A stretch of DNA of 64,000 bases from Botryllus schlosseri. Its lineage: Eukaryota. The notes below the pieces were generated by a model. The model saw only the letters and a program-made list of their open reading frames with translations, ran no database searches and was not told the origin of the DNA. Made by a program: the position numbers and the translations under genes. Positions 1 to 12,800 of the stretch are shown piece by piece; position 1 is the stretch's first letter; every line of letters begins with the position of its first letter. The stretch spans positions 9,300,001 through 9,364,000 of the forward strand of contig CM119384.1 in the NCBI GenBank assembly GCA_051294905.1, in the 5' to 3' direction.

Positions 1-1
1 T

Positions 2-1036
2 ATTCGGCAACTGCACATGTGGGAATCAGACCACGGGCTGGAAGAAAACGCGGAACAGTGCGAGAATTTGATTCAGGTATATAAGGCTCGGGTATATGGT
101 TTTATGTGTTTAAGGGTGTTGTGGAGCGGTGCCACAAGAGGTGTGTGGTTTCTGTCTACAAGCACCCAATATTATTGTAGCTCAGACATTCCTTGGTGAA
201 CTACAAAGATAGTAGTTTCCCACTCATATTTGAGCGACATTACAATGCTGAAGACCAGTCTTCTGATTTGAGATCTCTTTTCCGTTTATAATTCCAAGTA
301 TGCTACTCTTCTTGAAAACCTACATTTCTTGCTTTGTCTTCGCTCTTGGCTTGAGTTGTAGCATTAATGATGACACATTACTTTTGCTTGAAGGCGAATG
401 TTTTAACATGCCAGATGTAGCTATTTGTATAGTTTTCAATCTGAAATGCTCCTCGAGCAATCTATTAGGCTTGGTTCTAGAAATTTGCCAATGATGATGT
501 TGAGATATTCATCTTTCTATACCATATTCTGAGGCAATATAACACCCTTTATTTCTTGTCGTGAAATGCCGTTATCTGACATATTTTTCTGTCTGTGATA
601 AATAGCGCAACACTAGTGATTGCCCTAGGCCGAATCACGGTGTGCTCCATATTGATGTATTTTCCTTTGGTGAGCACGCTTTTGTGGTATCCTGGTTTTC
701 TGGGGGGATCACCTAATTAATGCCAAACCTTTTCCGATATTGGGGACTGTGACAGTTTAGCAGGCGTTATTCTCCATTGAATTGGATTTTGTCATTGATG
801 TTTGATCGCTTATTGCTTGTGACGCACATTGATCGGTAAATAGTGTGCTGTTACTTCTTCATTATATCTAATCAAGCCTTATAGCTTGTGGTGCGATATG
901 CAAGGCTCATGCAATGCCAAGTTCAATTTCACAGATATTGATAGCTGACGACCCGGAGCCAGGAATGGAGAATTTAATGAAAATTCCCCAAGAAAAACTG
1001 GACGCTTTTGAAAAAGGCATGAAGAAATCAGAATGA
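2..1036 (+). CDS. HGH1: Protein HGH1 homolog (eEF2 chaperone), last two coding exons; 5' part lies outside the window
   Basis: Exon 2-76 (IRQLHMWESDHGLEENAEQCENLIQ, GT donor at 77) joins in phase 0 to exon 935-1036 (ILIADDPEPGMENLMKIPQEKLDAFEKGMKKSE*, cag acceptor at 934). This matches the recalled HGH1/FAM203 C-terminal motif LRELHxWE...CEKLIQVLIGDEPERGMENL. Confidence 0.85.
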
Positions 1037-1310
1037 GAAGCAATACTTCCCATACGGAGTATCGTACATCCGTAATAGACGAATGTCAGATACAATCATG
1101 CCCGTTGAACCATTTTGTGAAGGATACCAAGTTTCAACGCCATGTTCGAAGTCTTGATGTATTTGTGTTATCGATCATGACTGGGATATATTGGCGACCA
1201 CTGACTTGCGCTGACCTCTATATTACAGCAAATAGACTAGGCAATGAAACTGTTTAAGTTCAATTGGTTGTGTAAAATTGAGCGATCAAGTGCTATTCTG
1301 CTGTATAAAA

Positions 1311-1379
1311 TTCTTCGTTTTGTTGATTGATGCCAATTTCGCGCATATTCAATCTTTCAGATTTTACATATAGTTGTAG
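1311..1379 (+). promoter_or_regulatory. U-rich tract and unpaired 3' splice acceptor(s) upstream of NAA20; candidate SL trans-splice site
   Basis: ttcttcgttttgttgattga at 1311-1330, tttcAG at 1355-1360 and further AGs at 1373 and 1379, 2-21 nt before the ATG at 1382. Confidence 0.5.
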
Positions 1380-1381
1380 AC

Positions 1382-2615
1382 ATGACGTTCTATAGACCTT
1401 TCACGTGCTTTGATCTACTCAAACTGAACCGCGTCAATTTGGATCCATTAACGGAGACTTACAACCTCAATTTCTACTTGCAATACCTTTCGAAGTGGCC
1501 CGAATTCTTCACTGTTGCTGAAACTCCCACTGGTGAAATGATGGCATATATTATGGGAAAGGTAACTTCGATTTATTGGAAATAGTTTCAAGTATGGTTG
1601 CATACGAGTGTCAGGCTGGGGAGGGGTCATTGACGCTAATCAAGTAGAAGTGCAAGTAATGCTAGGAACGAGTAGCAATTTACAAGCTATTTCAAGTGTA
1701 AAATCTAAAATATCTGACTTGCTGAAGGTCTGAAGTAACTTTGTCTTGAAAAGTCGCTCAGGTTGACGGTTGTGACTTGAAAATTGCGCCATAATGGCTC
1801 AGTGCATGTCCAAGTAAGTCCAACTGTAACATCTCAGTTTATATTATAGAAGTAACTTCAAGCTTGAAAAATATTGAAATGAATTCTTGAAAAATTATAC
1901 GGATATCAAGTCGATATAGGGAATGCTTGGTTAGTTAGTGATTCTAGTGCTGACTGCTCTTCTTAAATTACTTATGATTGAGGTACGATTGTTGATATAC
2001 AATGTTCTTTCCAATTCTCTACTAGTTGCTACCGATTACCCCTCCCGAGTGTCAGCCGAAAATATCAGGGTTCATTTCAATATGAATATACTATTCAATT
2101 GTTTACTTGAGTTTTGTACCTCCGAGAAGCTCTTGTAAATATCTATAAAATAATTTGGAAGTAGATTTACATGTTCCGTAACAGGTTGAGGGACGGCAAC
2201 CAGAAAATTGGCATGGACACGTCACAGCTGTCACTGTAGCACCTGAGTACAGGCGGCTAGGTCTTGCAGCTCAACTAATGAAAAAGCTGGAAGACGAATC
2301 CGAGCAAAAGCGAGGATATTTTGTCGACCTTTTTGTTAGGAAGTCGAATGATGTTAGTATCAAAGCGTTGGAGTGTACATTTCCAGTCACCGAAGTATCT
2401 GCTTTTGACTGAACACTTTTGTCTAACAGATTGCTGTTGGGATGTACAAACAACTTGGATATTCAATCTACCGTACGGTTCTTGGATATTATTCATCACC
2501 GAATGGGGATAGGGATGAAGATGCCTATGACATGCGCAAAGCTCTCAGTCGCGATATTTACAGAACTTCCATCATTCCATTGAAAGACCCAGTCAAAACT
2601 GAAGATCTGGAATGA
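1382..2615 (+). CDS. NAA20: N-alpha-acetyltransferase 20 (NatB catalytic subunit), 177 aa
   Basis: Exons 1382-1561, 2185-2352 and 2430-2615, all phase 0 and GT-AG. Motifs: NLDPLTETY, YIMGK, WHGHVTAVTVAPEYRRLGLA, FVDLFVRKSN, MYKQLGY, DEDAYDMRKALSRD. Confidence 0.97.
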
Positions 2616-2961
2616 AATAGAATTTTCGATTTTGATTGTAGGGGGAGGCTGTTGTGTCACTGGTTACTTCAAGGCACTGATTTGCACGCCACACGAAGGT
2701 ACAATACCAGACCCTTGGATCACCTACAAACCGATCCTATTGTACTCTCATTATTCATTAAGTAGTGGTTGGATTTGTTTGCCACGATGTATTGGCATCA
2801 TATGAAAAGACCACTCAACGATAGGACCAGTAGTTGTTGCGAGAGGAGTCTTCAGTTGGACCGACCTGTTTTTCTTATTCCTAATCTATATTAGATTATG
2901 TTTCTATCTGTGGCAATTTGAAGTATTATATGCTCGTCTAGAACGGCATATAATTCTGGCA

Positions 2962-2967
2962 AATAAA
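2962..2967 (+). terminator. Probable NAA20 polyadenylation signal AATAAA
   Basis: First canonical AATAAA seen, about 350 nt after the stop codon, followed by a T-rich tract. Confidence 0.55.
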
Positions 2968-3089
2968 AGTTTTTATTGAAATATTGCCTCATTGTGGATT
3001 TACTTGAAAATTACAGAGTTTTTTATGCAGCCCGATTAGAAATTTGGTTAAAATTATTGAAGCAGGTGACTCCACAACTGCGGCTAAGA

Positions 3090-4190
3090 GGCAACAATTC
3101 CTTAGTTGTAAGCATTTCCAACACAGAAAATACCTGGAGGTTTTACTGGACTCGGACATGTCCTGGAAGAGTCGCATTCAGTCCCTGACATTAAATTATC
3201 ACCGAAGTGTGGCCTGTTCTATGCATCCTTACACGCTCATGCCAGCCTGGGTTCTTCTGATACTTAATCCAATCGAAGTTACAATATGGCATCCTCTGTT
3301 GGGGGGCTGCCAGTAAAACTGCACTCGAGCCACTGCGAAAAATACAACATAACGTACACCGCGGCATAGCTAGGGCCCAGAGATGAGCATGGATTAGGAT
3401 TAGGTTTTGCAAAAACAGGATTTGTGAAATTTTGTCGGATTTGGATTAGACATTTTTTTCAGAACGGATTTGGATTGGATTGAAATGTCGTGTGGCGAAT
3501 GGCGACAAACTTTATTCAGATCAGTTATTAATGTACTTATGGTTACTAAGTTATCTTGAATCAAGTGAATCGTTGGTTATGAAAGAAAATTTTCGAATCC
3601 CTCCATTGCATGAATTAGTATTTTTTCTGAATTTCCTGTAGGAATCGGATTAGGATTGGACATGGACTTGAATATGAAAAAGTTATGGATTAGGATTTGG
3701 ATTTGGATTGGAAGGTTCGGATTTGGATTGGATTAGGACATAGAAATTTCAAATCCGCTCATCTCTGCTAGGGCTCCAAAGAGGCCTGGTTGTCCAGTCC
3801 ATCCAACAAGTCGCTGCTGAAGAGATTCGGTGTCCTAAACGTTGAAGATATGCGGAAACTAGAAATCGCCAAGTTCATCAGTTCCAATGCGGGCATTGCC
3901 CCCAATATTTCAATAACTTGTTTACCTCGGAATCAAAAGCGCACAATTAAGTAAAACACGTCGTCCAAGTGTCATATGATCTACCGAAAAGATCATCGCT
4001 CTATCAAATATGCCGGGCCTGAAGTGTGGAACAGTATCCCGCCGACAGTCGACGAACATTCAAGTCGATATTCTAGAAAAGTCCTCAAGATTACTGGGCC
4101 ACGACCTGACCTGGGTCTAGGCTACCGATCTCGCCTTCCATGACATGCTTCCCCATTTTTCGTCGCTTTCTTTTTTCTATACTATCTTCT
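3090..4190 (+). pseudogene. Decayed 3' fragment of a non-LTR retrotransposon (CR1/L2-like) ORF2, interrupted by a MITE
   Basis: Frameshifted pieces KYLEVLLDSDMSWKSRIQSL, IQSKLQYGILCWGAASKTALEPLRKIQ and, after the MITE, LLKRFGVLNVEDMRKLEIAKF. These are typical of the post-RT thumb region of LINE ORF2. Confidence 0.75.
3378..3767. mobile_element. hAT-type MITE with GGATT subterminal arrays
   Basis: TIR CAGAGATGAGC/GCTCATCTCTG; TSD CTAGGGCC/CTAGGGCT (7/8). Confidence 0.85.
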
Positions 4191-4246
4191 TTTAAAAAAG
4201 CATCTTGGAGGTACAGAACTTCGATATACAATTGAATAGTATATAC

Positions 4247-5274
4247 CAGTGTTGGGATCAAGTCACTACCTTCTAGTCACGAGTCATCTCGAGTCATTGC
4301 GGATTTTGACTCGAGTCAAGTCAAGTCACTCGATTTTCAAAGGTGACTCGAGTCAAGTCAAGTCACCCGATTTTGGGAGGTGACTCGAGTCAAGTCGAGT
4401 CAAGTCAAGTCAAGTCACGAGTCAAGTCACTAGTCGAGTCAAGTTGAATTTTCAAAGTACGATACGTGATTCAAGGTCACTGCATTTTGCTAACTGTTTT
4501 AAATACAGATGGGGTCCCCATTTATTTTGAATCGAGGAACGAAGAAAGAGTTGATTATACACGCAAGGATGCGCTCTATCGCTCATGCATACGTAGAAAT
4601 GTCAAACTACGCAATTATAGTGGTATAGCTTCAGTCTATAACAGGAGTGGTAAAACTGCGACTCGCGAGCCGCATGCTGATCTTTGAGTATTTTATTGCG
4701 GCTCTACAATGAGTGTGCAATGTGCATTCGGTGATAATGACCGTAAGCCATTGTGCATTTTCGGTCAAGATTCGCCTAATAATAGTCACAAAGCTAGAAT
4801 GCAAACGTCATTACGAAACCAAACACCAAAACCTTAATTGCCAAGAGTTACCTAAAAAGACATATTCACGAAGTATTATGATTACCGAGCTCCGCACTGT
4901 TTGACGTCATCTCAGCCCGATTTCAAACACCGTGCAGCTTGCAACGTAAGCTATAAGCTCCGATCACTTCGTTAACGATCAATTCATTAGTGATGTAACA
5001 AGGGAGGCCCGGTAAAACGCACAATCATTGAGTAATCGCTCAACAATCCGAACTTATACAAGATACGGCGATCTAGTCGAGATCGATTACTTGATGACTT
5101 GAAATTGACTCGTAAATTTTGCTTCGAGTCAGGAGTCAATCAGCATTTTTGTAGTGTCGAGTCAAGTCAAGTCAAGTCATTTTTCCAAAGTGACTCGAGT
5201 CAAGTCAAGTCATACGAAAAAGGTGACTTGAGTCTGACTCGAGTCAAGTCATGACTCGAGTCATCCCAACACTG
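4247..5274 (+). mobile_element. Complete non-autonomous hAT element with AGTCA / TGACTCGAGTCA subterminal arrays
   Basis: TIR CAGTGTTGGGAT/ATCCCAACACTG; perfect 8-bp TSD GTATATAC. It is inserted into a copy of the 125-bp repeat (4203-4246). Other copies lie at 58800-59772 (reverse) and from 30737 (truncated). Confidence 0.92.
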
Positions 5275-5284
5275 GTATATACTT

Positions 5285-5763
5285 CAGGGTTTTAATGACT
5301 CGACTCGAGTCGCGATTTTCTGATGACTCGACTTGACTCGAGTCATTTTCTCAAAATAAGCAAATGACTCGATTCGAGTCAATCTGTGTATTGACTCGAC
5401 TTGGACTAGAGTCATTGCACATGACTCGAGACTCAGACGGCCAAGACCGACATTTCATTGTAATTTCGAAGAACAGTAAAGTATCCACCCTATTGGGATT
5501 TCGTCTATTGGCACTGGTACTTGAAAATGCGACCAGAAACTGTTAAAAGTGAGAAAAATTAGTATATTATAAATACGAACCATTCGATATCACCAAACAG
5601 AGTTACAAAAGTGGGTTTAACCAATCTTTAACAGGAAACTGAGCAGTGAACACAATGACTTGGACTCAGACTCGAGTGATACTACCATGACTCGGACTCG
5701 AACGTCTGATCGATGACTTAAGACTCGGTGGTGAATTGAAAATGACTCGACTTGACTCGAGTC
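5285..5763. mobile_element. Degraded relative of the AGTCA-array element
   Basis: Starts cagggttttaatgactcg and contains many gactcgagtc motifs; no matching second terminus was found. Confidence 0.55.
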
Positions 5764-6379
5764 AAATTATAAAAATGTTGTAAATCGCTATGGTACTATA
5801 TAACTCTCGCCACGTATGTCAGAAAGTGCAATTCCAGTATATAGGTGCATGAAATTAATTGAAAATGTGCGATTTCAAAGAAAAAAATGTGGCCTCGATT
5901 ACGCAAGGTAGACACTTTTGTCCTTGTCGTTGAAATCAAACAACCCCGAACACCATAATGATAATTATTGGAGGAACAAGCGATTTATTATATATTATAA
6001 CTATTTTAGTCGACTCGGCTTGCCGTATTAAGCTGCATGGGGTCATGACGCTGTTCGGTTGAGCTATTGTTTTACTTCTATTCTATAGCATAGATGACGA
6101 TGGGTAGGCAAGGCCGCGCAGCCATAAACTCTCACCAGCGTTAGTTCAGGCCCAAGTTCGAGTATGCGAGTATGCGAGTATGCGAGTATTCACGGGGGGG
6201 AGGGGGGTCCTGAATGATAACGATATTATCATTGAATACTTCAGAGGATCCAACATTCACCGTCTCTCGGATGATTAACAAGTTATCGGCCGTCAAATAG
6301 TCAAATAGTTTAATGTTGAAGTCTTACGGTTGCCTGATAATATTGTATGTCATTGTTATATATATAGCCTGCACAAATT

Positions 6380-6645
6380 TCCCATTTCGCAAGCCGGACA
6401 CTACGCAGTACGCTATGTCGCAACATTTGGAATACCGGGGTTGCATCGAAATCAATGGAGCGTGCGACTTATTTTCTCGGGAAAAAGTCAACTGAGGTCT
6501 CTCGCTTGAGTTATGCAGCCTTCGCGCAATACACGTCAGCGCTTGTAATGGCCAGCTGTGACTGTTTGTTTTGGTAAAGGTACTACACTGTTCTCCGGAG
6601 TAGTAACCGACAGCGGGAAATTTGTGGTTCTAAAATGGTCGCGAG
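6380..6645 (+). promoter_or_regulatory. Candidate FNDC3 promoter / first (5' UTR) exon
   Basis: CpG-rich stretch ending in a strong donor GAG|GTATGA at 6645/6646. Acceptors at 6755 and 6776 precede the ATG at 6824. Confidence 0.4.
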
Positions 6646-6823
6646 GTATGATCAGTAACCAGTTTGATATTATAGTATAACAGAATGTGCTTAAATATTG
6701 GCAATATTATATTGCTGTTTCAAAATCATCTGATTCTTTGATATTGTTGTTTTAGAGTGACCTAATCTATTCATAGGTCTAGTCCAATTACTTCTATGTG
6801 GTGCCGACACCATTTGTGAAATC

Positions 6824-9800
6824 ATGCCAGTACCCACCAACAATTCTCCTAAATCAAAATCGCCCAGTATCTCAGACTCAGTCCAGTCTCCAACAATGGA
6901 AACAGCAGGCACTACTCATGAAGATTCCCATATAACGCAAGGCTCAGCTGCAAAAGAGGTTAGTCTTTAAGATATGAATTATGATTGTTAATTTTTCATG
7001 ATATTATTTGTAAGGTATACAACATGGCAATGGCCAATGGGATTTACATGTTGTTGATGACCTGTATATTTTCTGCGTATGACTTGGACAGTTATATAGT
7101 ATGGCAGTTACAAGACATGTGTATTGTCGAACTATTAATTTGAATTGTTATATAACTGAGCAGTATTGTACAAAAGATAAATGTCCTGCAATTGGTCCAA
7201 CCATTATTAACCCTGCCAAAATGATGCTGCTTTCCTATCTTCAATGTAGTCCTACAACTCAAGTATGGAATCGGTGTCCTGTGCTCACACTATGTTTTAT
7301 TTTTTAATTACTTTTTATTAAATTACTTTGACTAGGAAAATCATCGCTGCTCACCTGATATATCAGGCAAAAAGGCTAACGATTAGAATCAGGCACAACA
7401 TGAGCATAAAATCTAATGAATGTGGGCTGTTATTCAGTACCCACAGTTGCTGTTGTACAGTTTTCCATGGTATCGGTGTCAGGCCTGTAATCTTTTGGTG
7501 ATAGGGCTCATAACTATAAATATTAACAACAGGATTCCACAATAAGGTACGGTAATACAATACGTAATAGGTCTATTGATGTTGTACAGTAGCATGTACC
7601 GTAATGAATAGATTTTTTCACGCAATTCACCACGATAAAAATGTAGGTTTTCATCTCAAAAAGTGTTTGTGTACTTTATCGAAGTGTGCGCTGTTTTTAG
7701 TGCATTAACCGATAGTTTATTACGGTGGAATGATTTGAGACATGTGCGATACTGGGTGAAAAATTGTTTTAATATGAATGACAAGTTTTGAATTATTTCA
7801 CCATCAATGTGATGACTTCAGACAGATGTGGGATCAGCAGATGGGCAAAAACCCACAAATTGATGTGTGAACATTACTAAGATATTGTTTTGAGACATGA
7901 AAAAGGCGATATAGTGGTTCAACTCGTATTTCAATTTATGCCTTATTACTTGGATGCTGGCAGCAAAATATCCCGCTGTTTCGCCGAACTATAGGCCTAC
8001 TTTGTCTGAATACTGATTTTGTCAAAACTTTTAATCTGATGTATTCATGAAGCATTGCCATTTCATGAGTTCCACGTATCCCTGTAAGATATGTAAATTG
8101 TGATTTGCGTTTACCACAATGTTTTGTTTCATCATGATAATACGCTTGGTAAGCTATTGATTAGTTAGACAAATGGTTTTCGCTGACAAATTATACATAT
8201 CATAGTTGAAGGGCTTATTGGAGGTACAGAACTTCAATAGACAATTATATAGGATATTCATATTGAAATGAACACGAAGGTTTTCGGCTGACACTCATCA
8301 GGGGTAATCGTCGGCAATTCTCTACTAGTTGCTGACGATTACCCCTGACAAGTGTCAACCGAAAGTATTCGAGTTCATTTCAATATGAATATGCTATTCA
8401 ATTACATATCACAGTGAAGAATTTTTTCAATTTTGCTCAAATTAAATTTTCTGGTTTATTATGGTTTTGCACACATCGCCGAATGAATATTCCATTGGCT
8501 GCTATTTTCAACATGCCATATCTCGAGTGACAGTCAATTGCAGTATCATGTCGATAGGTTATGGTATATGATGGTCATGAAATGGTTTTCGTGGTACATA
8601 AAATGAAGACAAATTTATGTCTGTATTCACACGCTGATCAGCCTTTAGCTACTTAATAGAGATCAGAGACACACTGGCCTGTATTTATTGCTGTTTGAAT
8701 TAGGAGTTTTATTAATCCATTGTGAAAATTTGTTTGACTTTTGAAATGCAAGGGAGGTTTACACCATTCATGCCTAAATGATATTGAACACATTCAGATA
8801 CGGTTGGCACCATCAATGGTGAATTCTCCAATATAAGTGGTAATGCTGTAACCCTGATAGCTTCTGAACCCAGTACATGCCCCGAGGCAAATTGCTGAAT
8901 TTTTTCATCAGTAATAAACTAGGAAACTAATAAACTGTTGCCTTGATCATCAGTCTTGTCATTGTTCTGAAGAGGATTGTTCCTTCAATTAATGGCCAGT
9001 GACATCACAAGCTGTGATTATACAAATTATAATTGTTTTATAATCATTTTCATAAACGTTATTGATTTCCTTTTGAGTTCTTTGACCAATTTCATTTCAA
9101 AAATATATATTGATTAGTGATTACATTTCATAAGATAATGTTCGAAGGCAATATTTTTGCTGTAAAATCTATGATTGAAATGAAGAAAAGTTTTGCTTCC
9201 CGAACTATGATATACACCTATTTGGAATTGAAATAGCCTACTAGTTTTTTACATTCCTGAAGATTTATTGTATATTGATTAAGTTGATGCGGAATGAATT
9301 TTTCAAATTGCTGCCACAAGTTATAGTTGAAATATGTAACATATTAATGCCAGTTTATTGGCAAAATATGTTATATTGGTTGAAAATTATGATATCAGTT
9401 GAGCTCCAATAATTGATATAAATTGACTGAAGGAGGCATATTTCTTTAAAATGACGGGTAATTTTTCGTTGGCATTTGCGTATAGGGATACACTGTAGAT
9501 TTAAGGCTGGTGACAATATTAACCTGCGATATTTATTCAGCTGCTTACTTCTTCTTTTTCTATTTTAGAGCATGATACTAGTGCAAGTGAATCGCGGAGA
9601 GACATTTACAATTCAGTCCGAGAACTCCGTCCATTGTATAGAAGGTTAGCTGGTTGTTTATTTTTTATATTCGCTGGATTTGAATGTCACAATAAATCCA
9701 ATATGTGAGCATTCAAAATACAGGAAATCACATTATGTTGTAACACCAGGGAACCTAGACATAATGCATGTAATATAGCTGTTACAAATACACATGGTCG

Positions 9801-12800
9801 CGAACAAACTGCCTTCTACTGACTGCTTATTTTACCTTCTCGTCATCACAGATGTGATGTAATGACTTGATGCTCAACCTGTGGAGTCGTGTATTTACTC
9901 TAAATTGGTCAAATTGTATTATGAAAAAGCTCCCTTTTCTGCAAGTGGTCTCGTTAACTTCCGGTGTCTGGTATAATTGACTAAATTGATAAAAATGCTT
10001 TGAAGAACCCATTCAATGTCATAAAAGCAACTTCCGAGCTGAAACTTGTTCCCTACTAATCATTCATTACCAATGAAATGGATCTGCATGGATGCTTAAC
10101 ATAATATTATTTATGTAGAAATTGAGGAAATTGATGATATCAAAGTGAATTTTGTGGCTTCACTATTGGAAATACATTGTGTCTTGAAAATCCGCACCAT
10201 CGATTTGATATGAACGAGTGCCGAAAATCATTTGGACAAAGATAGGTTTTGCCGAATTTGATAATAATGTGTAACAACACCTTTGGGTATGATCGCAATA
10301 TATATTATGGTACCAATATTACGTCCAGCCTTGTCATTTATATCTAGCAGCTCATCCTGAAAGTATTCTGGAATTGCGGTTATGTATATCACAGGAGAAA
10401 TTTTTTTTTCTGAAACTCCAACAAAACATCTCTAAACAGCAACATGTTTGTATAAGTCGGCTATTGCCAATTTGGCAACTAAAATGATTGTGCACAGTAG
10501 AATATTTCATTTCCCGGCTATTCTGTTTATGTGAGTCCTGAAGTTTTAACGGTTATGAAGCGAAAGTGCTTCTGATTTCTCTAATTTAAAAGAATACAAA
10601 TTAAGTTATCAACCATTTTGTACATTCGGAGGTTTCGCGGACCCCGTGAAAATGCTTCGCGGACCCCCGGTTGAGAACCACTGTTCTAAACGCTGGTTGC
10701 AAGTATCGATGTGCTTTTATTTCGTCGTTGCCAAGTACGTAGATATTCACTTCACCCTTCTGATAAAGACGGCCCATTCGATCTAGAGAAAATAGCGCAC
10801 GTTACTTGCAATGTTGTAATGACTACCATTTCGAAATAACAGGTCCAGCTCAAGTGCCTATGGTATCACCAAACGGTTCGATCCCCCCTATTCAAGTACC
10901 TCGCGGATATTTTTCTCACGTGATCGAGGACCCGGGCGGGCCCAGGCGCATCGTCGTTACTCGAGAAAACCAGCTCATACATTTTCCGAGGCCCGTAAGA
11001 GTGCCGCCCACCGTTCATTTGATGCCGACGATGTCTCATATACCGCATATTCCGGGCACATGTTACAATATCATGCAACAGGTTCGTGCGTTGCCACGTT
11101 TCCAGGCGGTATCTTTGACCGTGAATTTTCGAAAGTCGTGGGAATGTCCTTGTGCTGCAGATGTTCGCCTTACACTGTGTTTTGGGAGTATGGCGTGTCA
11201 TTGTCTATTCTGATATGATAATTCTGTTCAGTAATATCACTTTGTGTAACAGCGGTTATCTCAGCTGTGATATATTTTGTGATTTTCTTCCGCAAGTTTG
11301 TCATGTCTGACTTATCCGGTGAGGTTACCTCATTGAGATAGCAAGTTTTGGAGATATGACATTATCGAACCTATTTGCAGACCGGCATTCCAGGAAATCC
11401 ACTGACTTTTGTCCATCCGCCTCACAACCATAGTAACGTCCCTTCGCCGCACGGCACGTTTACTTATACAGCTCCCGATGCTTTGAATTCCGGAGGTATG
11501 TGTCTTTTTGTAGATTTGTGGTAGTATTAAGCTGATTATTTTAAGCGTATGGAAGTGTTCTCTCGAACCATTTTAAGCGAAGGCTTGAGTTAGACCTCAG
11601 ACACGCTACTCTGCTGTATTATTTTTAATGTGCCATCTATCAGGGAGACGTTGTCGGCGTAATGAGAAAAGAAAACTTTGTAAAATCAGTGTTATTGAGT
11701 CACAATGGTTACCTGGTAATTTGGCAGTATAAAGGTAGTAACTGATATTATTATTATGAAAGCAATGTGTCAATATTGTATAAAAGTGAAGGATTCACTG
11801 AATATGAACGTGCATTGTGATAGCCCATATTGGACTTGGTTAATCCAGCACTCGGCACAGGTTGATATGTATGTGTTGATGTGCACACGGGTTTGTATTA
11901 TCAAGGTTACAGTTAGGGTACGGTAGGTTAGGATTAGGCGCCACCAAGTGCCAAGCTCACTGGTAAGGGGTAACCAACGCAATATACTTATCGATTCCCT
12001 CTGTATAATATATTGCCATCCCGAGTTCTGCGCTCGAAGCATCAAGACTGGATCATAATTTCCGTTTACAGACCCAACTCGCCAGCACGCCACCACACCT
12101 CCCCACTGGTTGTCATCCAGCGATCAGAGTTCATCGGGCTCTCTGTCATCTGCATCGCCCGGGAGTGCCGGCGATTCCCCACGTTCCGCCAGGGACATGT
12201 GCCGGGGTGCCTCGGCGAGGGATGTAGCCGCACATCATCATACGGGGAACTCCGTCAATCTATGGGACTCGGACTCGGGCTTGAACGCCGCGGTCGGTCA
12301 GCGGCAAGATACGCGTCGCGGGCCGGCGTTCTCTCCAAATCGTACGGCCCAGCCAGGTAAGAGACGTGATTGTAAATAGCTGGTTTGCGGTGCATAACTT
12401 GAAGACTTTCATAATAATATCCATTATAAGAATACATATATTTAAACACAAAGACTTTTCGGGTGCCTCTTATCAATTGCTATCGGCACACTAAAGAGGT
12501 TTAAACAGATTCCAAAGTCAAACCCTTATGGCAAAGTCAAGTTTGAATAGATGCATTCTTGCAATGAATAGTGCTATGAAAGGACATGATTACAAAATGT
12601 CTTCGGACAGCCAAACTCTAAGTAGCCTAACCGCTATATTAGTAAACTGATGACTAAAAAAAAGCTCAACAATTTTGTGCCGTCCTTATCACGGTCTTGT
12701 TGGGTAGTGTTTGAAATTAGGAAATCGCCCTTCACAATAAGGACGCTATGACAACCTTGGTTATAATAGATCCACCAAACCTGAAGTATAATAATTCAGA

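Noticed and set aside
4255-5274. Regular AGTCA / GACTCGAGTC arrays resembling a CRISPR array or satellite
   Set aside because: They have no constant repeat-spacer period, lie inside TIR- and TSD-bounded elements, and occur in a eukaryotic, intron-rich context.
7100-8900. Extra FNDC3 N-terminal exons (for example 7334-7364 and 8800-8850)
   Set aside because: They need weak or GC donors, show no recognisable homology, and exon 6958 already joins 9569 in phase.
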